A stretch of 64,000 nt of DNA from an uncultured Chloroflexia bacterium (GCA_963713975.1 OY970218.1:640001-704000), one strand, 5' to 3'; shown: positions 48,820 to 58,121, counted from the stretch's first letter. Numbers and translations are program-made. The notes: generated by a model not told the origin, from the sequence alone.

Positions 48820-50040
48820 TTGAAAAGACTCATGCTGCTGATCGCGGCTGGAAGTCTCTGGCTGTTCCTTGCCGCGGTCCCCGTCTTTGCCGACGGCGGC
48901 CCGCATGTTGCTGCGGTGAACAGCGGCGTCAACGGCGTGAATGCCGACAGTTGCGCCGGCTGCCACCAAGCCCACCGCGCGCAGGGCGAGTTCCTTCTCA
49001 TCGAGGAGTCGGGAACCGCACTGTGCCTCAGCTGCCACGGCGCCACGGGCCTCGGCGCGACAACAGATGTCGAGTCGGGCGTCCAGTACGCGCTGGGCAC
49101 CACCGACGTTCGCGGGGGAGCCGTCCTCGGCTATCTCCGTGGCGGCGGCTTCGTGAATGCCCGGATCGGCTCTGCCGAGACGGTCCGCATCGCGTACTAC
49201 CGGACAGCTACCGCCATCAGCCAGAACGCCAAGGTCCCGGTCCGAACGGCCGGTTCTCAGGCGGTCACCTCCGCCCACCTGCCGAACACCAACGGCGTGG
49301 TCGGAGCGGCCGACGGCGTTGCCTGGGGCAACGGCCCCAACTCCCTGACGGCGTACGCCGGGCCCGAGGTTGACCTCGAGTGCGGCACGTGCCACAACCC
49401 GCACGGCAACGGCCAGTATCGGATTCTCAATCCGATCCCGGCTCCGGCGGCAACGAGCACGGACGTCTTCGTTCCGGCGGCTGCCGGCGTTTCCGTCACC
49501 GACGCGGCGCTCCCGCCCGCCGGCGACACCCGCAACTACTCCATCATCCAGACCAACGGCGGCGCCGGCACGCTCCTCGCGAGCCAGGTGAGCGCTCTCG
49601 CCCTGCCGGCGACGGCAGGCGACTACTTCCGGCGCAAGGTTCCGTGGAACGGCACAGCCGGCACGTCCAACGACGCGCCGAACGGCATCTCCGCGTCCTT
49701 CGCCACGCAGATCTCGACCTGGTGCACCACGTGCCACAGCCGGTATCTGAGCCAGGGGTGGGACGTCGAGGAAGCGGACGCGATCTTCAAGTATCGCCAT
49801 ACTTCCATCAACGCGTCGCGGAACTGCATCACGTGCCACGTGTCGCATGGCTCCAACGCGCAGATGACGGGCACCTACTCCGCGAACATGGAGAACCCGG
49901 GCGGGGCCGTGGCCCCGGTCGGCGACAGCCGCCTCCTCAAGATCGACAACCGTGGCACCTGCCAGGCTTGTCACGATCCCACGGGGACGATCATCCCGCC
50001 GACGCAGGTCGGCCCGACGCCGAACCCGGTTCTTCCGTAA
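48820..50040 (+). CDS. Secreted hexaheme c-type cytochrome, OmcS-like
   Basis: TTG after AAAGGAGGTGA; signal peptide ending VFA; six CxxCH (CAGCH, CLSCH, CGTCH, CTTCH, CITCH, CQACH). Confidence 0.9.
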   Translation: MKRLMLLIAAGSLWLFLAAVPVFADGGPHVAAVNSGVNGVNADSCAGCHQAHRAQGEFLLIEESGTALCLSCHGATGLGATTDVESGVQYALGTTDVRGGAVLGYLRGGGFVNARIGSAETVRIAYYRTATAISQNAKVPVRTAGSQAVTSAHLPNTNGVVGAADGVAWGNGPNSLTAYAGPEVDLECGTCHNPHGNGQYRILNPIPAPAATSTDVFVPAAAGVSVTDAALPPAGDTRNYSIIQTNGGAGTLLASQVSALALPATAGDYFRRKVPWNGTAGTSNDAPNGISASFATQISTWCTTCHSRYLSQGWDVEEADAIFKYRHTSINASRNCITCHVSHGSNAQMTGTYSANMENPGGAVAPVGDSRLLKIDNRGTCQACHDPTGTIIPPTQVGPTPNPVLP

Positions 50041-50242
50041 CTGCACCAAAGCGCGTGGTGGCCGGCGACGAGCGTCCCGGCCACCCGCAACCTCCCAGGG
50101 GCGTGCGCTCCGCCGACGGGTCGTCAACGATCGCTTGACGCCTCCTCCGCGCAGCTCCCGCCACGTCACACTGCAGGATCGATCGGTCAGCCTCCGCCAC
50201 GGGTGAACGTCCAACACTCGCCATGACGAACAACGCGCCAGC

Positions 50243-52600
50243 ATGAACCACCAGCCGCGACCGGCAAGCCGAAGGGCCGGGCCCCTGTTCGGCGTGCTCC
50301 TCGTCATCGCGGGCGCGGTGGGAGCGCTGACCCCCGCCGTGCCGACCGCACGTGCCCAGGATCCCACGCCCGCGCCCGCGGTCGACCCGACGCCGGAGCC
50401 CACAGCTGAGCCCACGGCGGTGCCGACCCCCGAGCCCACCGCGGAACCGACGGCGGAACCGACACCCGAACCCACCGTGGGACCAACCGCCGAACCATCC
50501 GCGGGGCCGACGACCGAGCCATCCGGAGACCCCCAGCCGTCCGAGGAACCGTCAGGTGACCCCGTGCCGTCGGTTGAACCCTCGGTGGAGCCGTCCGTCG
50601 AGCCTTCGGTAGAGCCCTCCGCGGAACCGTCCGCGACTCCCGGGCCCGCTTCGCCGCGGGTTGAGCATGCCTGGGTCGATACCGTCGATCAGGCCGGCGC
50701 CGTGACCGATCCGGGCACGCTTGACACGCCACTTGAAGGCGCGCAGCGCTTCACCGTCTACTGGGTCCGGTTCCAGCTCGTGAACGACTCCGACACCGAC
50801 GCCACCATCAAAGCCGTCCTGGAGCTCTCCGGTGGCTCCGGCGCGTGGACGAACCTGCCGATGGTCGACCCGGATCCCGGCACGGCCTTCTATGGCGCCT
50901 CCGACGACGGCCGCGTCTACGATCCTCGCCGGGCGCCGATCAGCGTCACGGATCTTCGCCTGGACCAGACCGCAGACCCGCTTGCAGCTCCCGTGCAGGG
51001 CGAGTCAAGCGCCGGACGGGATCTCACGGCCATCGAGCTGCCGGCCCACAGCTTCACCGAGGTCGAGCTTGCCGTTCGGGCCACCGCGGACGCGGACTGG
51101 GGGACGGGGTACCGGTTCCGCCTCGCCGATGGCTCCGCGCCGCTTCCAGGGGTCAATGCCGAGCTCGTCATGGGCGCCAAGCCCGCCCTCGAGCTGTCAC
51201 CCGGCCAGCGCAAGGGCAAGCCCGTGGCTGATCCGGTCCCGCTCTACAAGCTCGACCCCACGATCGGCCTGACCGACATGCCCATCGCCACGGGCACGGG
51301 CACCGCCATCACGGCGACCTATGCCCTGCGCACGCCGGTGGCGGCCGTCGCCACCGAGGGCTCACCGCACGTCATCTCGGGGCTGGCGTCCGACACGTGC
51401 GCCTCCTGCCATGCGACCCACGATGCGCAGGGATCCATGCTGCTCCAGCAACCCGGCACGCAGTCATCGACGTGCTTCACCTGCCATGACGGCACGGGTG
51501 CACTGAGCGACGTCCAGAGCGAATGGTCCAGTTCGTCGCTGCCGGCGAACGACCCCACGACGTCGTCCTACTACTCCCATCCGGCTACGACACCCTCGGA
51601 CCACACGTCGGCCCAGGCCAACGAGTTCGAGGGCACCTTCAACCGGCACACCGCCTGTGCGGATTGCCACCAGCCGCATCTCGCCGACGCGGGACGGCCC
51701 GTGAACAGCGTCGGCGGCTGGTCGGCCTCGGGCTCCATCGCCGGCGCGTCCGGCGTCGCGGTGGTCAACGGCGCCGCCGGCGAGGCACCTGCCTACACGC
51801 TCCAGCAGACCTCGGACTTCGAGTACCAGCTCTGCTACAAGTGCCACTCGGGCTTCACGGAGCTGCCCGCACAGGACCCCGCCCACCCGAGCCGCTGGTC
51901 GCTCGACAAGGGCATCGAGCTGAACCCGGCCAACGTCTCGTATCACCCGATCGAGGCCGCGGGCAAGAACCAGACGAACGCGATGACCCTGAGCCTCGCC
52001 GGCACGTCCCCCTACAAGCTGTGGAACTTCGAGACCCAGGACACGGTCCGCTGCCAGAACTGCCACGGTGATCCCTCGGCGACAACCCAGGTCCCCAAGC
52101 CGGCCGCGAACGCGAGCCTGGACAATCACGCTTCCGAGAACCGCGGAATCCTGATCGCCCCGTACAAGGACCGGACCCTCAATGCTCGGGGGCTGTACCA
52201 GGCCCAGAACTTTGCCCTCTGCTACGTCTGCCATGCCGAGGCGGCGATGGTGGACGACAGCGCCGATCCGCGTGCCGACTCGAACTTCAACTGGCACGGC
52301 TACCACATGAACAACATCTCCGGCAACGGGCTCGGCGGCCTGGACATCGACGTCCCCGGCGCCGGACCCGGCAATGCCACCTGTGCCGAGTGCCACTTCC
52401 GGACCCACAGCTCCGCGCTCGCAGTCAACGGCCAGACGCCACAGCCGGGACTGGTCAACTTCGCGCCAAACGTCCAGAAGCTGGGCGGCGTCCTGGAGTT
52501 CGTGCCGGCCACGCCGACCACCCTCGGGTCCTGCACGATGGTCTGCCACGGCAAGGCCCACAACAACTACGGCTACGGGAACGACGACCTGGTGCCCTGA
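50243..52600 (+). CDS. Secreted multiheme cytochrome c (7 CxxCH + 1 CxxxCH) with Pro/Thr/Glu linker
   Basis: Signal peptide ending ARA; PT/EP repeats; CASCH, CFTCH, CADCH, CYKCH, CQNCH, CYVCH, CAECH, CTMVCH. Confidence 0.92.
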   Translation: MNHQPRPASRRAGPLFGVLLVIAGAVGALTPAVPTARAQDPTPAPAVDPTPEPTAEPTAVPTPEPTAEPTAEPTPEPTVGPTAEPSAGPTTEPSGDPQPSEEPSGDPVPSVEPSVEPSVEPSVEPSAEPSATPGPASPRVEHAWVDTVDQAGAVTDPGTLDTPLEGAQRFTVYWVRFQLVNDSDTDATIKAVLELSGGSGAWTNLPMVDPDPGTAFYGASDDGRVYDPRRAPISVTDLRLDQTADPLAAPVQGESSAGRDLTAIELPAHSFTEVELAVRATADADWGTGYRFRLADGSAPLPGVNAELVMGAKPALELSPGQRKGKPVADPVPLYKLDPTIGLTDMPIATGTGTAITATYALRTPVAAVATEGSPHVISGLASDTCASCHATHDAQGSMLLQQPGTQSSTCFTCHDGTGALSDVQSEWSSSSLPANDPTTSSYYSHPATTPSDHTSAQANEFEGTFNRHTACADCHQPHLADAGRPVNSVGGWSASGSIAGASGVAVVNGAAGEAPAYTLQQTSDFEYQLCYKCHSGFTELPAQDPAHPSRWSLDKGIELNPANVSYHPIEAAGKNQTNAMTLSLAGTSPYKLWNFETQDTVRCQNCHGDPSATTQVPKPAANASLDNHASENRGILIAPYKDRTLNARGLYQAQNFALCYVCHAEAAMVDDSADPRADSNFNWHGYHMNNISGNGLGGLDIDVPGAGPGNATCAECHFRTHSSALAVNGQTPQPGLVNFAPNVQKLGGVLEFVPATPTTLGSCTMVCHGKAHNNYGYGNDDLVP
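50385..50640 (+). repeat. Degenerate 12-nt tandem repeats encoding (EPTA/EPTP/EPSV)n linker
   Basis: PTPEPTAEPTAVPTPEPTAEPTAEPTPEP...EPSVEPSVEPSVEPSAEPS; boundaries approximate. Confidence 0.8.
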
Positions 52601-52635
52601 GCCCCTGACGGCATCGCGCAGCCCTCGGACGCCAG

Positions 52636-52663
52636 ACCCCCTGTATCGAGCGATACAGGGGGT
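52636..52663. terminator. Perfect 13-2-13 palindrome (terminator or operator)
   Basis: ACCCCCTGTATCG-AG-CGATACAGGGGGT, 35 nt after the cytochrome stop. Confidence 0.6.
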
Positions 52664-52716
52664 GTCTCGTATCTCCCCCCTCTGGCCCTGCCCGGTCCCG
52701 GCGGAAATGTGCGTCC

Positions 52717-52752
52717 CGACGGATGGGCGGATGGGGGTCCCACCCGGACAAT
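52717..52752 (+). promoter_or_regulatory. Box copy 4 (CGACGGATGGG) plus -10-like GACAAT
   Basis: Exact 11-mer at 52717-52727; hexamer at 52747-52752 (19-nt gap). Confidence 0.6.
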
Positions 52753-52860
52753 TCCCTCAGGTGTCAAGCCGCGACCCCTGCGGCTCCAAGATGAGGGATC
52801 CACGATGGTTCGCACCCCTGCGCGCAACGAGGGTTGTGCGCGTCCCCGGGGAGGGCTCGC

Positions 52861-54345
52861 ATGAGCACCCGGACGCCCCGGCCCAAGGGTCAGGCGGCCG
52901 CGGAGACGGAGCTGCTGGCCCAGCTCGGCCTCCCGGCAAGCGCCTCACCCGAGGACGTCGACCAGCTCCACCAGGCCGTGAGCGACTACCTCTCCAGTGC
53001 GCCCCCCGAGATCCGCGGCTGGGCTCGTGCCCAGGTCGCGGCGATCGACGCGGCGTACATCCATTTGACCGACCCGGCTGGACTCGAGGGCTCGGCCCTC
53101 AGGAGTCCGGCGAGTCCGCCCGTGGTCGTACCCGGCGGGCCGGCGACACCTCCGGCCCGTCGGGGCCCCGACTCGGAGGCCACACCTGTGGCCTCCGAGG
53201 AGGCGGTCCGCGCGGACACGGGCGCCGACCCCGGCGCGACCGACCCCCAGGGCGAGCCGGACGCGGAGGACCTCGCGGCCCTCTACGCGATGGTGACGCC
53301 CAGCGCGCATGACGACATGAAGCCCGATGTCAAGCGGGCCAAGGCCGCGCCTGCGCCGCCCCCAGGCCTGGCCACGGATGCCGCCCCGTCCGCCGTGACG
53401 CCGGCCCAGACCGGGCCCAACATGTGGAAGCGGATCGTGATCGGCGGCGTGGGGATCGCAGCGGTGGTCGCCATCGCCTTCGGCGCCAACGCCATCGTCA
53501 ACGGCACGCCGGCGGACGCCAACCCGGGCACCGAAGGCGCAGCCCAGGCATCGCCGACGCCCCCGGCAATCGACGAGGCCAAGGTCGCGGACCTGATGGC
53601 CAAGTTCCAGGCCGATCCGAACGACGCCGTGACGCTCCTCGCCCTCGCCGACGAGTTCTATGCGGGCGGGGAGTACGAGACGTCCGGGACGTGGCTGGAC
53701 AGGCTCCTGGCCCTCAAGCCGGACGACATCCAGGGCCTGCTCGCACGCGGCGCCGTGTACTTCAACCTCAACGACCTGCCCAACGCCGAGGCGACGTGGA
53801 AGAAGGTCGCCGTCCTGGAGCCCGACAACGTCGAGGTCCACTACGACCTGGGCTTCCTCTACCTGAACCAGGCCGAGCCCGACTGGACCGGTGTCCAGGC
53901 AGAGTGGCTCCAGGTCATCGAGCTCGACCCGGGCTCGCAGCTGGCCCAGACCGTGCGATCGCATCTGGACTCGCTGGCCCAGAACTCCCTGGTACCGGAC
54001 CTGCCCGACGCCAGCGGCACCGCGCCGTCGGCCGCCCCGGCAGCCTCGCCCTCCGCGTCACCTGCGGCGAACGTGCTCAACCAGACGGCGCTCAACCTCG
54101 CCTACGGCACGCCACAGCTGTCCGCTCCGGCTGACACGCCGCTGACCATCCGCTTCGACAACCAGGACAGCCTCCCGCACGACATCGTGATCAAGGACGC
54201 ATCCGGCGCCGAGGTCTTCACGGGCGTCCTGATCACGGGCCCCAAGGCCATCGACTACGCGGTCCCGGCGCTGAAGGCCGGTGCCTACACGTTCCTCTGC
54301 TCGATCCACCCGAACATGACGGGCACCCTGACGGTGGGTGGCTGA
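52861..54345 (+). CDS. J-domain-like / TM / TPR / cupredoxin fusion protein
   Basis: LGLPASASPEDV...IDAAY..LTDP; one TM; three TPR-like repeats; PHDIV...YTFLCSIHPNMTGTLTV type-1 Cu motif. Confidence 0.8.
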   Translation: MSTRTPRPKGQAAAETELLAQLGLPASASPEDVDQLHQAVSDYLSSAPPEIRGWARAQVAAIDAAYIHLTDPAGLEGSALRSPASPPVVVPGGPATPPARRGPDSEATPVASEEAVRADTGADPGATDPQGEPDAEDLAALYAMVTPSAHDDMKPDVKRAKAAPAPPPGLATDAAPSAVTPAQTGPNMWKRIVIGGVGIAAVVAIAFGANAIVNGTPADANPGTEGAAQASPTPPAIDEAKVADLMAKFQADPNDAVTLLALADEFYAGGEYETSGTWLDRLLALKPDDIQGLLARGAVYFNLNDLPNAEATWKKVAVLEPDNVEVHYDLGFLYLNQAEPDWTGVQAEWLQVIELDPGSQLAQTVRSHLDSLAQNSLVPDLPDASGTAPSAAPAASPSASPAANVLNQTALNLAYGTPQLSAPADTPLTIRFDNQDSLPHDIVIKDASGAEVFTGVLITGPKAIDYAVPALKAGAYTFLCSIHPNMTGTLTVGG

Positions 54346-55117
54346 CGCCATGATCGAGCTCGGAAGCGCGCTCGGCATCGGGATCGCCTTCATGGGCGGC
54401 CTGCTGTCGTTCGCCTCCCCCTGCTGCCTGCCGCTGGTGCCGGCATACATCTCCTACATGGTGGGCGCGACCGGTGAGGGCACCGCCGGTCGTCGCCCGG
54501 CCTTCCTGCACGGGCTCGCCTTCGTCGCCGGCTTCTCGCTCGTGTTCGTGGCCTTCTACGCCGCGATCGGCGTGCTGGGCACGTTCATCGATCGCCGGGT
54601 GATGACCATGCTCGGCGGTGCGCTGCTGGTCTTCATGGGCCTCCAGGTCGCCGGCGTCATCAACATCCGGGCGCTGTGGCGGGACACCCGCTCGATGCCG
54701 ACCATCGGCGGCGGCCTGGTCATGGCCGGCGGCACGGGCCCGATGGGCTCCCTCGCCGGGAGCGCGGGATCCGATACCCCCCGCTACCCGCGCTCGTTCA
54801 TCTTCGGCCTGCTGTTCGCCGCGGGCTGGAGCCCGTGCATCGGTCCGATTCTCGGCGGCATCCTGGGCCTGGCCACCGTGACCTCGAGCGTCGCGCAGGG
54901 CACGGTCCTGCTGATCGCCTACGCGGCCGGGCTCGCCATCCCCTTCCTCGCGGTGGCGCTCGGCGCCTCGTGGGTGTCCCAGCGGCTGACCTGGGTTGGC
55001 CGCCACCACCACGCCATCTCCCTGGTCACGGGCGGGTTGCTCGTGCTCCTGGGCGTGCTGATGCTCACCAACACACTCGGACGGCTGGCCGCGCTCGGCA
55101 CGCCGTTCGGGATCTGA
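54338..55117 (+). CDS. ccdA: Cytochrome c biogenesis thiol-disulfide transporter
   Basis: GGLLSFASPCCLPLVPAY, FAAGWSPCIGPILG, YAAGLAIPF. Confidence 0.93.
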   Translation: MADAMIELGSALGIGIAFMGGLLSFASPCCLPLVPAYISYMVGATGEGTAGRRPAFLHGLAFVAGFSLVFVAFYAAIGVLGTFIDRRVMTMLGGALLVFMGLQVAGVINIRALWRDTRSMPTIGGGLVMAGGTGPMGSLAGSAGSDTPRYPRSFIFGLLFAAGWSPCIGPILGGILGLATVTSSVAQGTVLLIAYAAGLAIPFLAVALGASWVSQRLTWVGRHHHAISLVTGGLLVLLGVLMLTNTLGRLAALGTPFGI

Positions 55118-55131
55118 GGAGGTCGCCTGAC

Positions 55132-56604
55132 ATGACCCACGAGGTCAACAGCCGGCCGCTCCCCCCGGCTGGCGCCAATGCCCCGGGCACGGCGGCCCAC
55201 CCTTCCGCCATGGATCGGGTCGACGGCGGACTGGAAGGGCTCTGGCACTTCCTGACGTCCATGCGCGTGGCGATGATCCTGATGCTCGCCATCGCCGCCC
55301 TGGGCGTGTTCGGATCCCTGTTGATCCAGGCTCCGTCGGCCGTCCTGACCGATGCCGCGGCCAAGGCCGAGTGGATTGACAGCGTCCGGCCCCGCTACGG
55401 CGGCTGGACCAACATCCTGGACACCCTCCAGCTGTTCGAGGTCTTCAACTCGATCCTGTTCCGGATCCTGGTCGCGGCACTGACGATCAGCCTGATCGCC
55501 TGCTCCATCCACCGGATCCCGGGGATCGTGCGCACGACCAGGAAGCCCCGTGTGGACGTGGGGCCGGCGTTCTTCGAGCACGCGCCACAGCACGAGGCCA
55601 TCGTGGTCCGGCGCTCCGCCGCCGAGACCCGGTCCATCGTGGAGGGCGTGCTGAAGGCTCACCGCTACCGGACGCTGATGGTCGATGACGGGACGGTCCA
55701 CCTGTACGCGGACCGCTTCCGCTGGGCGCCCGTCGCGGGTCTCGTGGGCCACCTCTCGCTGGTGGTGATCCTGGCCGGCGCGATCATCGGCGGGATGTTC
55801 GGCTATCGCGACTCCGAGTTCACGCTGGCCGAGGGGCAAACGCTGCCGGTCGCTGCCGACCCGGGCCTCACGATCGAGCTCATCGATTTCACCGACAAGT
55901 ACGACACCACCAGCGGCGCTCCCATCGACTACGCCAGCCAGGTGATCCTGTTCAAGGACGGCCAGGAGATCGACCGCCACACGATCCGGGTCAATGACCC
56001 GCTGCGCTACAACGGGACGACCTTCTACCAGGCCTTCTTCGGTGCCGCCGTGACGATGACCGTCGCGGACGCCGCGGGCAACGTGCTGGTGCAGTCCGAG
56101 GGCGTCCCGCTCTCCTGGCGCACCAACGATGAGAACCGGCCGATCGGCTCGTTCGCCATCCCGGGCACCACCTACGTAGGCTGGGTGAGCGGAACCATGG
56201 GCGGTGGCGACACCACGGTCAAGCCCGGCCAGGCGGCCGTCGCCCTGTACACGTCCGGCGAGGGCACGCTCGTGGCCGACACGGTCCTCGACCAGGGCAA
56301 GCCCGCCACCGTCGGCGACCTCACGGTCACCTTCGAGCGCGAAAGCCAGTTCACCGGCCTGAACGTCGCTCGGGACCCGGGCGTCATGATCGTCTGGGTC
56401 GGCGCCATCATGCTGTTCTTCGGCTTCCTGATCCGGTTCACCGTCCCGCACAAGCGGATCTGGGGCCGCATCGTCGCCCGACCCAACGGCGGCACGGTGC
56501 TGGGCATGGCGACGCTCACCCAGAAGGACGTCACCAAGGGAACCGATTTCGAGAACCTTGTCAACGACATCCGCACGGCGCTCCAGGCGCCTGCGCAGGC
56601 CTGA
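55132..56604 (+). CDS. resB: Cytochrome c biogenesis protein ResB (System II)
   Basis: FLTSMR.A..L, GSLLIQ, SLIACS, GHLSL, IRVNDPLRY.G..FYQ, RDPG; GAGGAGG RBS. Confidence 0.9.
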   Translation: MTHEVNSRPLPPAGANAPGTAAHPSAMDRVDGGLEGLWHFLTSMRVAMILMLAIAALGVFGSLLIQAPSAVLTDAAAKAEWIDSVRPRYGGWTNILDTLQLFEVFNSILFRILVAALTISLIACSIHRIPGIVRTTRKPRVDVGPAFFEHAPQHEAIVVRRSAAETRSIVEGVLKAHRYRTLMVDDGTVHLYADRFRWAPVAGLVGHLSLVVILAGAIIGGMFGYRDSEFTLAEGQTLPVAADPGLTIELIDFTDKYDTTSGAPIDYASQVILFKDGQEIDRHTIRVNDPLRYNGTTFYQAFFGAAVTMTVADAAGNVLVQSEGVPLSWRTNDENRPIGSFAIPGTTYVGWVSGTMGGGDTTVKPGQAAVALYTSGEGTLVADTVLDQGKPATVGDLTVTFERESQFTGLNVARDPGVMIVWVGAIMLFFGFLIRFTVPHKRIWGRIVARPNGGTVLGMATLTQKDVTKGTDFENLVNDIRTALQAPAQA

Positions 56605-56617
56605 GGGAGGTCCCACC

Positions 56618-57499
56618 ATGGGCAAGCTTTCGGAGTACATGTTCGTCGCGTCGATCCTGGCCACCGCGCTGGCCATCCTGTTCTACGTGCTGTATGCCCT
56701 CTCGGGGCTCCGCGCCGCACGGATGCAGACGGCGGGCATGCCGGCCACGAGCAGCGTGGGCATGATCTCCGGCCCGCGCACCGCCGCCATGGGCCGCTAC
56801 GCCACGATGCTCACGTGGCTGGCAACCCTGGCCCTGCTCGCGAGCCTGGTGCTGCGCACCATCGTGACCGGCCACGGTCCGTTCGCCAACATGTACGAGT
56901 TCTCGATGGCGTTCGCCTTCGGGATCCTGGTCGCCTACCTCTACTTCGAGCGGAAGTACCACCAGCGCGTCCTGGCGCTTGTCGCCCTGCCGGTCGCCCT
57001 CGGCATGCTGCTGTACGCCTCCACCATCCCGTCCGACATCGAGCCTCTGGTCCCGGCGCTCCAGAACAACCTCCTGCTCACCGTCCACGTCGCCACCGCG
57101 ATCGTCGCCTACGGCTCGTTCGCGATCGCATTCGCTGCCTCGGTGCTCTACCTGGCCCAGCCCGAGGGCGGCCGCTGGGGCCTGCCCAAGCCGCAGGTGC
57201 TCGACGAGATCGGGTATCGCGCGGTGGTCGTGGGCTTCCCCTTCCTGACCCTCACGATCATCCTGGGCGCCGTCTGGGCCGAGACCGCGTGGGGCCGGTA
57301 CTGGAGCTGGGACCCCAAGGAGACTGCCTCCCTCGTGACCTGGCTGATCTACGGGGCCTACCTCCACGCCCGCGTGATGCGCGGCTGGCGCGGCCGGCGC
57401 GCTGCGGTCCTTCTCGTGGTGGGCTTCGGGGCCACGCTGTTCACCTACTTCGGCAACCTCATCTTCGGCGGGCTCCACAGCTACTCCGGCCTGGGCTGA
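56618..57499 (+). CDS. ccsA: Cytochrome c synthase CcsA/ResC
   Basis: GHGPFANMYEF, PLVPALQ, HV, GAVWA..AWGRYWSWDPKET, YLH, GLHSY. Confidence 0.95.
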   Translation: MGKLSEYMFVASILATALAILFYVLYALSGLRAARMQTAGMPATSSVGMISGPRTAAMGRYATMLTWLATLALLASLVLRTIVTGHGPFANMYEFSMAFAFGILVAYLYFERKYHQRVLALVALPVALGMLLYASTIPSDIEPLVPALQNNLLLTVHVATAIVAYGSFAIAFAASVLYLAQPEGGRWGLPKPQVLDEIGYRAVVVGFPFLTLTIILGAVWAETAWGRYWSWDPKETASLVTWLIYGAYLHARVMRGWRGRRAAVLLVVGFGATLFTYFGNLIFGGLHSYSGLG

Positions 57500-57526
57500 G
57501 CCGGACCTGCGAAGGGGATTGACCGC

Positions 57527-58114
57527 ATGAGCGCAGCAGGCTCCGCCGGCCGCATCGCCGGCCGCCTCCAGACGATCCTCGTGATCGCCGTGGCGGCGGT
57601 GGTGATCGGCATCCTGGCCTTCTCGGCAAGCGGCGCCGGGATCTCCGACGGCGTCACGAAGGTGGAGCTCCCTGCCAACGCGGCCGCGTCGGCCCCGGTG
57701 GTCGGCTCCGTCCCGCCAAGCTTCAGCGGGGTCACGTCGGACGGATCGCCCGTGTCGCTCGCCGACTATGCGGGCAAGCCGGTCTGGCTGACCTTCGGCG
57801 CGTCGTGGTGCCCGGACTGCCGGACCGAGGCACCCGACATCGAGGCCGTCTACCAGGCCAACAAGGACCAGGGCCTGGCGGTTCTCGGGGTGTTCATCAG
57901 CGAGCCCGCCTCGGACATCGCCGGGTACGCGCAGCGGGCCGGGCTCACGTTCCCCATCACGGTTGACGAGAATGAGGCCATCGCGGCGGCTTACCGGACG
58001 ATGGGCGTCCCGACCCACTTCTTCATCGCCGCCGACGGGACGATCCGCGAGGTGCGGATCGGAGCGCTGTCCAAGGACGACATGGCGCGCTCCGTCGCAG
58101 CCATCATGAACTGA
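57527..58114 (+). CDS. resA: ResA/TlpA thiol-disulfide oxidoreductase
   Basis: N-terminal TM; GKPVWLTFGASWCPDCR.E.P; GVPTHFFI..DG. Confidence 0.9.
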   Translation: MSAAGSAGRIAGRLQTILVIAVAAVVIGILAFSASGAGISDGVTKVELPANAAASAPVVGSVPPSFSGVTSDGSPVSLADYAGKPVWLTFGASWCPDCRTEAPDIEAVYQANKDQGLAVLGVFISEPASDIAGYAQRAGLTFPITVDENEAIAAAYRTMGVPTHFFIAADGTIREVRIGALSKDDMARSVAAIMN

Positions 58115-58121
58115 GGGATCG

